Origin: Thermoproteota archaeon | GTDB lineage: Archaea > Thermoproteota > Methanomethylicia > Methanomethylicales > Methanomethylicaceae | Direction: 5' to 3' | DNA: 64,000 nucleotides | Assembly (NCBI GenBank): GCA_020832905.1 | Contig: JAJHRG010000001.1 | Coordinates: forward strand, 360,617-424,616 | In this document: positions 21,503 to 32,457 of the stretch, in pieces | Layout of the letters: each line of letters begins with the position of its first letter | How positions within the stretch are numbered: position 1 is the first letter of the stretch | Notes under the pieces: generated by a model | Told to the model about the DNA's origin: nothing | Database searches by the model: none | What the model saw: the letters and a program-made list of their open reading frames with translations, nothing else | Program-made: the position numbers and the translations under genes

Positions 21503-22370
21503 TAAACTCTTGAACTATTGTACTTGGCGTAATTCCTCTTTCTATACTAATTGCAATTCTTATTATGTTCTTTATTTCAATTTTCTTCATTTCAATATAT
21601 GCAATAATCTCTCCTAATCCTACATAATCTTCATAATATATTTTTTTCAATATTGGTATTAGTTTTTTTTCAAAATCTCTTTCTATTGCTCTTTGATTAT
21701 CTTTATATTTCTCCATACCTAATATTGATAAAGCTTTATCAATATTTTCTTCTTTTAATGCCTCAAAAAGTATTTTTCTATCAATTTTTCCTCCTTCTAG
21801 TATTATTAAACTTGTTAAAATATCCTTTCTTATGTTATTCTTTATTCCTCTTATTATTGTTAATATGTTATATTCATCTATTTTTAATGAGATGTAATCT
21901 TTTATTTTATTATAAATATCATATTTTTTTGCTAATTTTATGAACTTCAAAATTCTATTTTTAGCTATAAATGATATAGTAACTCCTGGTACTTCATATT
22001 CAATAATTTTCTTAAATTCTTCATTAGGCTTTAATTCAATTATCTCACTTAATAAACCTTTTTTATATTTCTCTATAACTGTTTTAGCAATTTCTTCTTC
22101 TAATTCTTGCTTTAATAATTCTAATAAATCTTTATAATATGGTACAATTTTTATAAACTCATTTATTTCATTATAGAATAATTCTAATAGCTTTTCTTCT
22201 ATAATTTTTGAATCAGGTTTTACTTCAGTTAATTCTGGATATATACCTCTCAATTTACTTATTAATTCATTTAAATCTCTCGAAGAAGTAAGTTCAATTA
22301 ATTGTCTTTCACTAAGCATTCTACTTCTTTTTGCAGAAGCTTTAATAGCTGTATATACTACATCACTCAA
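21495..22370 (-). CDS. atpC: A-type ATP synthase subunit C (V-type d homolog)
   Basis: 291 aa. The N-terminal YTAIKASAKRSRMLSERQL pattern resembles AtpC. Lies next to atpH. Confidence 0.65.
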   Translation of the reverse strand: MSDVVYTAIKASAKRSRMLSERQLIELTSSRDLNELISKLRGIYPELTEVKPDSKIIEEKLLELFYNEINEFIKIVPYYKDLLELLKQELEEEIAKTVIEKYKKGLLSEIIELKPNEEFKKIIEYEVPGVTISFIAKNRILKFIKLAKKYDIYNKIKDYISLKIDEYNILTIIRGIKNNIRKDILTSLIILEGGKIDRKILFEALKEENIDKALSILGMEKYKDNQRAIERDFEKKLIPILKKIYYEDYVGLGEIIAYIEMKKIEIKNIIRIAISIERGITPSTIVQEFII

Positions 22371-22373
22371 ATT

Positions 22374-22697
22374 CTACAACTCCTTAAATTTATTAATAAT
22401 ATATTGAAAAATCTCATTTACAGCTTTATCCATATTTTCCTTACTTTTCTTTTCAATTTCTTCTCCTTCTTTTTTTACTTTCTCTTTTATTTCTTCTATT
22501 TTCAATTTTGTATCTTTTTGTATTTTAAAAAATAAATTCTCTCCTTCTTTTTTTGCCTTTTCTTCAATTTCTTTTTCTATTTTTCTTGCTTCTTCTTCGG
22601 CATTTCTTATCATTTCTTCAGCTTTATTTTTTGCTTCTTCTTCTATAGAAATTGCTAAATCTTCTGCTTTTTTAAGACCTTCTAATATTTCTTTCAA
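22374..22697 (-). CDS. atpH: A-type ATP synthase subunit H (peripheral stalk)
   Basis: 107 aa, very high Glu/Lys content, coiled-coil, located beside atpC. Confidence 0.55.
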   Translation of the reverse strand: MKEILEGLKKAEDLAISIEEEAKNKAEEMIRNAEEEARKIEKEIEEKAKKEGENLFFKIQKDTKLKIEEIKEKVKKEGEEIEKKSKENMDKAVNEIFQYIINKFKEL

Positions 22698-23458
22698 CTT
22701 GCTTTCCTCCCTGATGTTATATATCCAGTATGACCAATCATTATTGTTTCAGGTCTTGTCTCATTTACTTTTACTTTATACCTTCTAATAATTAATTCAA
22801 TAGTTTTTATATTTATAAATCCTGCTAATTTCATTGCCTCAACAGTTTTCTCAACTTGATTTATTGTAGGACTAAAACTTACAAATCTCCCTCCTATTCT
22901 TAAGGCTTTTTTTGCTTCTTCTACTACAAGCCATGGAGTTGCCATATCTAGTATAACTGCATCAACATCTTTCTCATCAATTCCTTTAGTAATATCTTTT
23001 AATTTAAATTCTACATATTTACTTAATCCTAATCTTTCAATATTTTTTTTAGCAATTTTTTGAAATTCTTCTCTAATTTCATATGTATATACCTTTCCAT
23101 CAGGTCTTACTAAATTTGCAATATAAGATGTTAATACTCCACTCCCAGTTCCAGCTTCAACAACTATTGAACCAGGATGTATATTAGCTTGAAAACATAT
23201 ATAACATAAATCTTTTGGATAAATTATTTGAGTTTTTCTTGTTAATCTCTCAATATAATCTATATAATCTACTGGTAGAACTTTTAGTGATACTGCCATG
23301 TTTGTTTGAACTTCACATCCATATGGTTTTCCTATTATTTCATCTAATTTTACTACTCCCTTATGAGTATGAAAAGTTTTTCCTTTTTCTATTTTTACAA
23401 TCCAACTATTTTTATCATTTAAATATAAAAGAACTTCATCTCCTTCTTTTATTTCCAT
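22694..23458 (-). CDS. trmI: tRNA (adenine57/58-N1)-methyltransferase TrmI (GCD14 family)
   Basis: 254 aa with an N-terminal beta-barrel region and the SAM motif VVEAGTGSGVLTSYIA. Upstream of and overlapping atpH. Confidence 0.8.
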   Translation of the reverse strand: MEIKEGDEVLLYLNDKNSWIVKIEKGKTFHTHKGVVKLDEIIGKPYGCEVQTNMAVSLKVLPVDYIDYIERLTRKTQIIYPKDLCYICFQANIHPGSIVVEAGTGSGVLTSYIANLVRPDGKVYTYEIREEFQKIAKKNIERLGLSKYVEFKLKDITKGIDEKDVDAVILDMATPWLVVEEAKKALRIGGRFVSFSPTINQVEKTVEAMKLAGFINIKTIELIIRRYKVKVNETRPETIMIGHTGYITSGRKAS

Positions 23459-23516
23459 TTTTCTTCCCTATATGCTATTTCTATAAAATTTTTATATTTG
23501 TTGTCTTTTTCTTTAA

Positions 23517-24731
23517 TTGGTGAAGAAAATGAAGAGACCACTTGAAGGAATTCGTGTATTAAGTGTTACACAAGCATTATTTGGACCTTATTGTGCTATG
23601 ATTTTATCAGATCTTGGTGCAGAAGTAATAAAAATCGAAAAACCTGGAACTGGTGATATGAATAGAGAATGGGGGCCATTCTTTCCTAATGTTCAAGGAC
23701 CAGATAAAAGTGGATATTATGTAAGCTTACATAGAGGACAAAAAAGCATGACATTAAACTTAAAAACAGAAAAAGGAAGACAAATACTTAAAGAATTAGT
23801 TAAAATAAGTGATGTATTAATTGAAAACTTTAAGCCAGGAACATTAGATAGTTGGGGAATTGGATATGAGGAATTAAGAAAGATAAATCCAAGACTTATA
23901 TATGCATGTGGTTCAGGTTTTGGACATTATGGTCCATATAGAGATTGGCCAAGTTATGATATTATAGGACAAGCTATGGGTGGATTTATGGATTTAAATG
24001 GATGGCCAGATAAACCTCCATGCAGAGCAGGTTCTTCTATAGGTGATATAGTAGCAGGAATGTTCCTTTGTATAGGTATACTTGCTGCACTTAGATATAG
24101 AGATATAACTGGAAAAGGACAGAAAGTAGATGTTGCTCAAATGGATTCAATGATTGCAATATTAGAAAATGCTGTTATACGTTATAGTATAGAAGGAAAA
24201 CCTCCAACAAGAATAGGTTCAAAACATCCAACAATTACTCCATTTGATGTATTTAAAGCAAAAGATGGATATGTAGTAATAGCTGCAGGTAATGATGCTA
24301 TATGGAGAAGATTATGTATTGCTATGGGAAAACCTGAATTAGCAGATGATCCAAGATTTCGTACAAATCCATTGAGATGTGAACATGAGCCAGAACTTAA
24401 ACCAATAATAGAGGAATGGACAAAAGATAAAACAAGATGGGAAATAGTTAATTTATTACTAAAACATGATGTTCCTGCTGCTCCAGTTTACAATGTAGCA
24501 GAAGCTGTTGAAGATCCTCATACAAAAGCAAGAGAAATGGTTGTTGAAATTTATCAACCTCAATATGGAAAAGTAAGAATAGCTGGTTGTCCAATTAAAT
24601 TCTCAGAAACTCCAATAAAAATAGATAAACCAGCACCACTATTAGGTCAACATACTGAAGAAATATTAACACAACTTTTAGGATATACTAAAGAACAAAT
24701 AGAAGAACTTAGAAGAGAAAATGTTATATGA
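23517..24731 (+). CDS. family III CoA-transferase (CaiB/BaiF/formyl-CoA transferase-like)
   Basis: 404 aa. N-terminal LEGIRVLSVTQALFGPYCAMILSDLGAEVIKIE is characteristic of family III CoA-transferases. Confidence 0.8.
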   Translation: MVKKMKRPLEGIRVLSVTQALFGPYCAMILSDLGAEVIKIEKPGTGDMNREWGPFFPNVQGPDKSGYYVSLHRGQKSMTLNLKTEKGRQILKELVKISDVLIENFKPGTLDSWGIGYEELRKINPRLIYACGSGFGHYGPYRDWPSYDIIGQAMGGFMDLNGWPDKPPCRAGSSIGDIVAGMFLCIGILAALRYRDITGKGQKVDVAQMDSMIAILENAVIRYSIEGKPPTRIGSKHPTITPFDVFKAKDGYVVIAAGNDAIWRRLCIAMGKPELADDPRFRTNPLRCEHEPELKPIIEEWTKDKTRWEIVNLLLKHDVPAAPVYNVAEAVEDPHTKAREMVVEIYQPQYGKVRIAGCPIKFSETPIKIDKPAPLLGQHTEEILTQLLGYTKEQIEELRRENVI

Positions 24732-25665
24732 TTTTCTTCTTTCTTCTGATTTTATTTCAGGAGAAGAAATAGCAAAAAGATTGAATATAAGTAGAGTAGC
24801 TGTTCATAAGAAAATTCAAAATCTTAGAAAACAAGGTTATATTATAGAGGGTATTCGTGGGAAAGGCTATAGAGTTATACCAAGATTTGATGGTCTTCTT
24901 CCATTAGAATTAAAATTAAGATTAAAGACTAAAATTTTTGGAAAAGAAATTATAACATTAGAAAGTATAGATTCTACACAAAGATTAATAAAAGAATTAG
25001 CAGAAAAAGGTTTTCCAGAAGGAACTTTAGTAATCGCATTAGAACAAACAAATGGAAAAGGAAGAATGAATAGAAAGTGGTATTCTCCTAGAGGAGGACT
25101 TTGGTTTAGTTTATTATTACGTCCATTAATATCTCCAAAAGATATCTATAAGTTATCATTATTATTTGGAGTAGCAATTACTACTTCTCTAGAATATTAT
25201 GGTATAAAAGCATCACTAAAATGGCCTAATGATATTATAATTAATAACAGAAAATTATGTGGAATATTATTAGAAGGTGATATTGAATTAGATAAAGTAA
25301 ATTTTGTAACTGTAGGAATAGGAATTAATGCTAATTTTCCCTCTAGTATTCTTCCTGATGACTTAAAAATTTCAGCAATATCTCTTTATGATATTTTGGG
25401 AAAAAATATAGATAGAGCAGAATTATTATGTAAAATTCTAGAAAATTCTGAAAATTTATATATTCAAGCAATTAATAATGGCTTTTCTAATATTATATCA
25501 TTATGGCGTTCAAAATCATCTATATTTGGAAAATCTATTGAAGTTAAATTACTAGATAGAAGTATTAAAGGTATAGCTATAGATATTGATGATGATGGAT
25601 CATTAATTTTAAATCAGAATGGAAAAATAGTAAAAATTTATTCTGGAGATGTCATACTCTTATAG
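24721..25665 (+). CDS. birA: biotin-[acetyl-CoA-carboxylase] ligase with N-terminal HTH (bifunctional BirA type)
   Basis: 314 aa with an N-terminal HTH (ISGEEIAKRLNISRVAVHKKIQNL) and the ligase motif GKGRMNRKWYSPRGGLWFSLLLRP. Confidence 0.85.
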   Translation: MLYDFLLSSDFISGEEIAKRLNISRVAVHKKIQNLRKQGYIIEGIRGKGYRVIPRFDGLLPLELKLRLKTKIFGKEIITLESIDSTQRLIKELAEKGFPEGTLVIALEQTNGKGRMNRKWYSPRGGLWFSLLLRPLISPKDIYKLSLLFGVAITTSLEYYGIKASLKWPNDIIINNRKLCGILLEGDIELDKVNFVTVGIGINANFPSSILPDDLKISAISLYDILGKNIDRAELLCKILENSENLYIQAINNGFSNIISLWRSKSSIFGKSIEVKLLDRSIKGIAIDIDDDGSLILNQNGKIVKIYSGDVILL

Positions 25666-26857
25666 TAGTAAGAATTTTTCTCCTTATTTCAGATTGTAAG
25701 ATCTCAGGAATACCTGGTAATCCTGGGTCTAAAAAGCCTTTTACAAGTATTCCTATAGCATCATCAGGAGGTATTCCTCTTGCCATTAAGTAATTTAATT
25801 GTTCTTCTTGTAATTTTCCAATAGCAGCTTCATGTGATAATTCTGTTTCAGAATGTTCTGCTACTAATTCAGGAATAGCAACTATTGAAGCTGTAGGACA
25901 TAATATCATTCCTCTACATTCAAGATGACCTTTAGTATTTCTATTTTGTCCTATGATTTGACCTCTATTATAGACTTTTGCATTACCAGTGGCAACAACC
26001 TTAAAAATTGACTCTCCAGAACAACCTTCATTCATTAAAATAATTCTACTTCCTAAATCTATAATAGAATCTTGACTTCCATATATTATGGAATTAAATT
26101 TTGCTTTTGCATTTTTTCCTATTAAATAAGCAGTAGGATATGCTTGTAAATCTCTTACAGGTTTAAGTAATATGTAGTTTGAGACAAATACTCCATCATC
26201 TTCTATAATTACTCCTGTTCTAGGTCTAACATACATCCCTTCATTCCAACTATGTATCATAGTAAATATTACTTTTGCATTTTTCTTTACATAAAATTCA
26301 CTAATACCAATATGAAGACCATAATTGACTTTACTACCTATTGTACAACCTGTTATTATATTAACTTCAGAACCTTCTTCTGCTATTATTATATTATGTG
26401 GTGCTTGTAATAATCCTTGAGAATGTATATATAAGCAAGCCTGAATTGGTTGTGTAATTCTTACGTAAGGAGCAACTCTTATGAAATAACCTTTAGTTGA
26501 TTTTAATTCAGCTATTGCTGTATATTTATCTTGATCAACAGATATTGCTTTCCAATAATATGATCTTAACCAATCATATTTTAATAGAGCCTCATCTGTA
26601 GGCAGGATTTCTAATCCTTTTATGTTAGAAGCTACTTTAGATAATATTACTGAGTGATCAATTTGTAGATAAGTACCACTTTTTTCCTGAGATAATTCAA
26701 TACCAACTTCTAATGCTCTACTTTTTATTTCCTCATTAATTTCAACTTCTTCTTCTTTTTTATCAATAAATTTATTTATATCAATATCACTTCCATATAT
26801 TGATTTTTTTGTTAATGCTTGAAGAGCAAGTTCTCTATACTTTTCTCTCCAATTCAT
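25652..26857 (-). CDS. Fe-S cluster assembly protein of the SufB/SufD family
   Basis: 401 aa with a beta-helix-type C-terminal region, adjacent to and overlapping sufC. Confidence 0.8.
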   Translation of the reverse strand: MNWREKYRELALQALTKKSIYGSDIDINKFIDKKEEEVEINEEIKSRALEVGIELSQEKSGTYLQIDHSVILSKVASNIKGLEILPTDEALLKYDWLRSYYWKAISVDQDKYTAIAELKSTKGYFIRVAPYVRITQPIQACLYIHSQGLLQAPHNIIIAEEGSEVNIITGCTIGSKVNYGLHIGISEFYVKKNAKVIFTMIHSWNEGMYVRPRTGVIIEDDGVFVSNYILLKPVRDLQAYPTAYLIGKNAKAKFNSIIYGSQDSIIDLGSRIILMNEGCSGESIFKVVATGNAKVYNRGQIIGQNRNTKGHLECRGMILCPTASIVAIPELVAEHSETELSHEAAIGKLQEEQLNYLMARGIPPDDAIGILVKGFLDPGLPGIPEILQSEIRRKILTTIRV

Positions 26858-27629
26858 TTTTTAATACCTCTTTTATTAAAGCATCATATCCTAAAGTTTC
26901 TATTTTAGGAATTAGCTCTTCGTAACTTCCAGTTAGAACAATCCTACCTTTTGACATTATATAAACCTTACTTGGTTTTACATATTGAAGTATATGTCTA
27001 TGATGTGTAATTATCATTACTGTACAATTATTTTCTTCAATATACTCTTTTAAGCTATTTCCAAGTATTTTTAGAGAATCTATATCTACACCACTATCTA
27101 TTTCATCAAGAATCATAAGCTTTGGCTTCATTGCAAATAATTGTGCAAGTTCACTTCTTTTTCTTTCACCACCAGAAAAGCCAACATTAAGCTCTCTATT
27201 CATATAAAGACTTGGCTCAAGATTTACTTTTCTTAAAATTTCTTCTACAAAATTATAATCTCTTAATATCCAAGGATTTTTACCAGCAGCAAAAGCAATC
27301 ATATCTTTTAATTTTAAGCCATGTATTGCAGGTGGTGATTGAAATGCAATTCCAATTCCTAATCTTGCTCTTTCATAAATTGAAAGATTAGTAATATCTC
27401 TTCCATCAAATATTATTTTTCCTTTACTTACTACATATTGAGGAAAACCAGCTATCGTAAGTGCAAGTGAAGTCTTTCCTGAAGCATTATGTCCCATTAT
27501 GGCAATTATCTCTCCTTTCTCTATGGATAAATTTATCTCCTTTAATATTTCTCTTCCTTCAACTAATACATGTAAATTATTAATTTCTAATAACAATTTA
27601 AATCCCTTTAATAGCTTTATATAACTCAT
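26835..27629 (-). CDS. sufC: Fe-S cluster assembly ATPase SufC
   Basis: 264 aa. Walker A GHNASGKTS, ABC signature FSGGERKR, Walker B LMILDEIDSG. Confidence 0.9.
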   Translation of the reverse strand: MSYIKLLKGFKLLLEINNLHVLVEGREILKEINLSIEKGEIIAIMGHNASGKTSLALTIAGFPQYVVSKGKIIFDGRDITNLSIYERARLGIGIAFQSPPAIHGLKLKDMIAFAAGKNPWILRDYNFVEEILRKVNLEPSLYMNRELNVGFSGGERKRSELAQLFAMKPKLMILDEIDSGVDIDSLKILGNSLKEYIEENNCTVMIITHHRHILQYVKPSKVYIMSKGRIVLTGSYEELIPKIETLGYDALIKEVLKNELERKV

Positions 27630-27645
27630 TTATATTTATTCTTTT

Positions 27646-28320
27646 ATGAAATTAATTTTATTATATTCTGGTGGTAAAGATAGTAACTTAGCATTATATA
27701 AATTAATAAATAAAGGATATAAAGTTAATCTTCTTACAGTTATTCCTAAAACTTTTGACTCATGGATGTTTCATAGACCAAATGTTGAATTTACAAAAAT
27801 ACAAGCTGAATGTATGGGACTAAATTGGCAATTTATTAATGTTTCTGGAGAAAAAGATAAAGAAGTTCAAGAGATTATTGATTTTTTAAAAAATAAAGAA
27901 TTTGATGGTATTGCTGTAGGTGTTATTAAGAGTAAATATCAAAAGGAAAAAATAGAATACATTTGTGATAAACTAAATGTTAAAGCTATATTTCCATTAT
28001 GGAATCTTCCTGAAATAGATATTTTAAATGAAATAATTAACTTAGGTTTTGAAGTATATTTTTCTTGTGTTGCTGCAGAAGGTTTTGGAAAAGAATGGTT
28101 AGGTAGAAGATTAGATTTAGATACTATAAAAGAGCTAATTAAACTAAGAGAAAAATATGGAATTAATATAACAGGTGAAGGAGGTGAATATGAAACTTTT
28201 GTTTGTGATTCTCCATTATTCAGAAAAAGAATAAAAATAACTAAAAGTGAAATTTTATGGTATAGAAATTATGGTTATTGGCTTATAAGAGATTATGAAT
28301 TAATTTCAAAGACCAAATAA
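27646..28320 (+). CDS. diphthine-ammonia ligase-like PP-loop ATP pyrophosphatase (Dph6/MJ0570 family)
   Basis: 224 aa with the PP-loop YSGGKDS and the family-typical EGGEYETFV motif. Confidence 0.7.
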   Translation: MKLILLYSGGKDSNLALYKLINKGYKVNLLTVIPKTFDSWMFHRPNVEFTKIQAECMGLNWQFINVSGEKDKEVQEIIDFLKNKEFDGIAVGVIKSKYQKEKIEYICDKLNVKAIFPLWNLPEIDILNEIINLGFEVYFSCVAAEGFGKEWLGRRLDLDTIKELIKLREKYGINITGEGGEYETFVCDSPLFRKRIKITKSEILWYRNYGYWLIRDYELISKTK

Positions 28321-28427
28321 TTAAAATCATTAACTTTTTATGAAATTAAATAAACATAAGGAATCAATAAATACTCTAGAAAATTTATTTAGAGTGAAAA
28401 ATGATCAATAAAAAATAAGTGAGTATC

Positions 28428-30047
28428 ATGAGTAAGTTCATATTTGTAACTGGTGGTGTCTTAAGTAGTGTAGGAAAAGGTATTCTTACAGCCTCAATAG
28501 GTAAGATGTTACAAGTAAGAGGATATTCTGTTTCTGTAGTAAAAATAGATCCTTATGTAAATGTAGATGCAGGAACAATGAATCCATATGTACATGGTGA
28601 AGTATTTGTAACTGAAGATGGAGGAGAAACAGATTTAGATCTTGGACATTATGAAAGATTTTTAGATATAAACTTATCAAAACTAAATAATATTACTACA
28701 GGACAAATCTATTTATCAGTTATTGAAAGAGAAAGAAGAGGAGAATATCTTGGGAGTTGTGTTCAAATAATACCACATATAACAGATGAAATTAAAAGAC
28801 GTTTAAGAGAAGTTGCTAATAAATCAAAAGTTGATGTACTTCTTGTGGAAATTGGTGGAACTGTTGGAGATATAGAAAGCTTGCCCTTTTTTGAAGCTGC
28901 AAGACAAATGCGACTTGAAGAAGGCTACTATAATACTTTATTTGTTCATATAGCTTTAGTACCAATACTAGATGTTACTCATGAACAAAAAAGTAAACCT
29001 TTTCAACATAGTATACAAGAATTAAGAAGAATAGGTATACAACCAGATATATTAGTAGCAAGATGTCGTACACAAATAAATGAAGAAGTTAGAAGAAAAA
29101 TTTCATTATTTGGTAATGTTACTCCTGATGCAGTATTTACATCATATGATGTTGATAATATATATGCACTTCCATTAGAATTAGATAAGCAAGGCATGGG
29201 GGATTATATTGTAAAAAGACTAATGTTAGGTAATAATACACCTAATTGGAGTAAATGGAAGGCAATTATTGATTCATTTAGAGATGCAAAAGAAAAAGTA
29301 AGAATTGCAATGTGTGGTAAATATACTAAGCTTACTGATTCGTATATAAGTATTGTAGAAGCTTTAAAACATGCTGCAGCAGAACTTAAAGTTTTTCCAG
29401 AATTTGGATGGTTTGAAACTACAGAATTTGAAGATAATCCCTCATCTATATCAAAGCTTAGTAATTATCATGGAATTATAGTTTTACCTGGATTTGGTGC
29501 AAGAGGTTCTGAAGGAAAAATAATGGCAATAAAATATGCAAGAGAAAATAAAATTCCTTTTCTTGGAATATGTTTTGGTTTTCAATTAGCAATTGTAGAA
29601 TTTGTAAGAAATGTAATTGGTTATAAGGAAGCACATTCTACTGAAATAGATCCTAATACAAAATATCCTGTAATTGATTTACTACCAGGACAAAAAAATA
29701 TAACAAAATTAGGTGGTACAATGCGATTAGGCTCATATAAAATAATTGTAAAGGAAGGAACATTAGCTCATAGAATTTATGGTTCTACTGAAGTCTTTGA
29801 AAGACATCGCCATAGATATGGAGTTAATCCAGAATATATACCCATATTAGAAAAAAATGGTTTAATAATAAGTGGTATTTCTTATGATGATAAAAGTGTA
29901 GAATTTATAGAAATTAAAGATCATCCATTCTTCTTTGCTTGTCAAGCACATCCTGAATTTAAATCTAGACCAGGTAAACCATCTCCACCTTTTCTAGGAT
30001 TTATTAAATCATGTATAGAAAGAAAAAGCCTTATTATTCAAAAATAA
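28428..30047 (+). CDS. pyrG: CTP synthase
   Basis: Canonical N-terminus [18 protein letters not shown] and a glutamine amidotransferase C-terminal domain (GICFGFQ, HPEF). Start placed at the ATG at 28428 rather than the track GTG at 28419. Confidence 0.95.
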   Translation: MSKFIFVTGGVLSSVGKGILTASIGKMLQVRGYSVSVVKIDPYVNVDAGTMNPYVHGEVFVTEDGGETDLDLGHYERFLDINLSKLNNITTGQIYLSVIERERRGEYLGSCVQIIPHITDEIKRRLREVANKSKVDVLLVEIGGTVGDIESLPFFEAARQMRLEEGYYNTLFVHIALVPILDVTHEQKSKPFQHSIQELRRIGIQPDILVARCRTQINEEVRRKISLFGNVTPDAVFTSYDVDNIYALPLELDKQGMGDYIVKRLMLGNNTPNWSKWKAIIDSFRDAKEKVRIAMCGKYTKLTDSYISIVEALKHAAAELKVFPEFGWFETTEFEDNPSSISKLSNYHGIIVLPGFGARGSEGKIMAIKYARENKIPFLGICFGFQLAIVEFVRNVIGYKEAHSTEIDPNTKYPVIDLLPGQKNITKLGGTMRLGSYKIIVKEGTLAHRIYGSTEVFERHRHRYGVNPEYIPILEKNGLIISGISYDDKSVEFIEIKDHPFFFACQAHPEFKSRPGKPSPPFLGFIKSCIERKSLIIQK

Positions 30048-30354
30048 ATCTTACTTCTTTTAAGTTAGTTGTACAAATTTTCTTTACTCCTCTTACACCT
30101 GGCTTATATAGTGTTTTAATAAGTCCTGCTTTTTCTAAAATTTTCATTTGTGCACTTGCATTTGCTTTACTTTGTTTTATAAATTCTGCTACTTGTTGCA
30201 TATCTACTTCTCTTCCTCTTACATAATTTAATATTTGAATTCTTGTAGGAGAAGATAATGCCATTGCTACATTTACAATATTGCTTTCTCCTTTTATTAT
30301 CATTACTCCATTTTCATACTTAATTTCTTCTTTTTCTTCCTTCACTTTATTCAC
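30034..30354 (-). CDS. ArsR/SmtB-family HTH transcriptional regulator
   Basis: 106 aa with a winged-helix segment [13 protein letters not shown]...[30 protein letters not shown]. Confidence 0.7.
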   Translation of the reverse strand: MNKVKEEKEEIKYENGVMIIKGESNIVNVAMALSSPTRIQILNYVRGREVDMQQVAEFIKQSKANASAQMKILEKAGLIKTLYKPGVRGVKKICTTNLKEVRFIFE

Positions 30355-30540
30355 CTTTTTTATAATCTTTTCTCTTAATTTAGGAGAGAGTTTACTTTTA
30401 AACTTTTTGTTTTTATAATAAAAGAGAAATAATTAGTTTTTTATTTCTTAATAATTTTATTTCTTTTATTTTTTCGAAACAATATTAATAACAAAAAATA
30501 TAATATATAGCTAAAAGCAATAAAAAATAGCAGAATATAA
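30355..30540. promoter_or_regulatory. AT-rich divergent intergenic region between the ArsR-family regulator and the DUF460-like gene, a probable divergent promoter and operator region
   Basis: 186 nt of very AT-rich sequence with TATA-like runs (for example aaaaatataatatatag about 40 nt upstream of the 30541 ATG). No transcription start site was determined. Confidence 0.3.
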
Positions 30541-32457
30541 ATGCAGTATAAGATCGTATTAGGTATAGATAAACTTCCATCTTATGATAGATATTCAGTT
30601 GTAGTAGTAGATCCTTCTGGTATTATCTTAAAAAAAGAGGATTTATCAAAAGCTGAAACAATAGAAATTGCTCAGCAATATAAAGTTGATGCAATTGCAA
30701 TTGATAATATATATGAACTTGGATCAGAACAGGAAATTAAAAGCTTTATGAGTTGTATTCCTAGAGCTGATTTAATTCAAATTTGTGGTTCTCCTACTCA
30801 TGGCTTTAAGTCTCTTTCATTAATTGCAAAAGAATTAAGACTATCAAAGGGAGGAAAATTATCTCCTATAAAGTCTGCAGAAATTTGTGCAAAAGCAGTT
30901 TTGTTAGGTTATGGATATTTAGTAAAATTCTATGATCCTGAAACTAAGATAATAATTTCTCGAAGAAGAAGTTTTGGTTCTGGGGGTATGAGTGCAAATA
31001 GATATAGAAGAAGTGTTGAAGGAGCAATATTAAATTTAACAAAGATAATTCAGAATCGTTTAAAATCAAAAGGAATAGATTATGATCTTATATTTAAAAA
31101 GAGTTCTCATGGTATAGAAGGTGCTGTATTTGTTGTTTATTCACCTAGAAATCAGTTAATTGGAATTATTCGTCCTATACGTACTTCAAGTATAAGTGTA
31201 AGAATTATTCCAATTTTATCAAAATCATTTGAATATATTCCAATATCTCATATTGAGGAAAAGCAAAAGAAGAAATATCTTATTATTGGAATAGATCCAG
31301 GGACAGTTTGTGGAATTGCTGTACTTGATTTAAATGGAAGAGTACTATATTTATCAAGTGGTAGGAATATTACAAGAGGAGATATTACAAGAATTATAGT
31401 ATCATTAGGTAGAGCATTAATATTTGCATCAGATGTTAATCCTCCACCACCAATAATTTCAAAATTAGCTGCTTCTCATAATGCAATTGTATTTTCTCCA
31501 GAATCTTCATTAAAAATAGATGAAAAAATTTCTCTTATCAATAAGATTACTTCTGAGCAAAATATTATAGTTAAAGATACTCATCAAAGAGATGCACTTA
31601 TAGCAGCTTTTAAAGCTTTTATGTATTATAGAAATAAGCTAGAGCAATGTGTAGCACATATAAGAGAATCTGGTGTAAAAGTTGATATAGAGGAGGTTAA
31701 AGCATTAGTAATTAGGGGTGTAAGCATTAAGGATGCAATTTCTTTATCACAATTACCACAAGTAGAAAGAAAACCAGTAAGTATTAAGAAACGTAAATCT
31801 GAAAAAGAGAAGATATTATTACTTAAAAATAAATTAAATACTATTAAGTTAGAACGTGATGCTTTACTTCTTAAGATAAAAGATCTAGAAAATAAAGTAA
31901 AGGAATTAGAAGAAAAATTACTTTTAGTTAAAAAGGATACTAAACAAATTCTCAATGATTATGAAATAGATCGTCGTATAAAATCTTTAACAGATGAAAT
32001 AAATAAATTGAGATTTGAACTTGAAAAAGAAAGAAATGAAAAGAAAAGTATAATAGATGATATGATTTCATTAGCAAATGGAAATACTATAATAATTAAA
32101 AAGTTTCCTACATTAAAAGAAGCTATAGAATCTAAAACTAATAAATTTGTAATTAAAAAAATAGGAGAAATTAATGAAGAAATTAGAAATAAATTATTAA
32201 GATTTCCTCCAGAATTTATAATAACTCAAGAAGTTTCTGATATGTTATTTGATTTTAATATACCAATTATTTACTTAAATGAACTTAATTTTAAAGATTA
32301 TAATGAGTTTATTTTAATTGAAAGAAACATAATTGAAGAAGCACTTAAAAATTCTAAGAAAAAATTAGAAGAAAAATCTAAAGAGAAAACTAAAAAGTTA
32401 ATTTCATTATTTGAAGAGTATAGACAAGAAAGAATTAAAGAATTTAAAAGAGTATAA
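30541..32457 (+). CDS. DUF460/COG2433-like protein with two tandem RNase-H-fold (YqgF/RuvC-like) modules and a long coiled-coil
   Basis: 638 aa. The GIDKLPS...AIDNIYEL and IIGIDPGTVCGIAVLDLNGR segments resemble Holliday-junction-resolvase-like folds. Residues about 400-500 are heptad-rich K/E/L coiled-coil. Confidence 0.55.
   Translation: MQYKIVLGIDKLPSYDRYSVVVVDPSGIILKKEDLSKAETIEIAQQYKVDAIAIDNIYELGSEQEIKSFMSCIPRADLIQICGSPTHGFKSLSLIAKELRLSKGGKLSPIKSAEICAKAVLLGYGYLVKFYDPETKIIISRRRSFGSGGMSANRYRRSVEGAILNLTKIIQNRLKSKGIDYDLIFKKSSHGIEGAVFVVYSPRNQLIGIIRPIRTSSISVRIIPILSKSFEYIPISHIEEKQKKKYLIIGIDPGTVCGIAVLDLNGRVLYLSSGRNITRGDITRIIVSLGRALIFASDVNPPPPIISKLAASHNAIVFSPESSLKIDEKISLINKITSEQNIIVKDTHQRDALIAAFKAFMYYRNKLEQCVAHIRESGVKVDIEEVKALVIRGVSIKDAISLSQLPQVERKPVSIKKRKSEKEKILLLKNKLNTIKLERDALLLKIKDLENKVKELEEKLLLVKKDTKQILNDYEIDRRIKSLTDEINKLRFELEKERNEKKSIIDDMISLANGNTIIIKKFPTLKEAIESKTNKFVIKKIGEINEEIRNKLLRFPPEFIITQEVSDMLFDFNIPIIYLNELNFKDYNEFILIERNIIEEALKNSKKKLEEKSKEKTKKLISLFEEYRQERIKEFKRV

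Noticed and set aside
21653-22535. Plus-strand ORFs of 96, 65 and 77 aa within atpC and atpH.
   Set aside because: They are antisense to the ATPase stalk genes, with poly-Leu/Phe low-complexity translations.
31626-31955. A 109-aa minus-strand ORF inside the DUF460-like gene.
   Set aside because: It is antisense to the coiled-coil-coding region, and its Ser/Leu/Phe-rich translation is a typical mirror-image artefact of K/E-rich coding.
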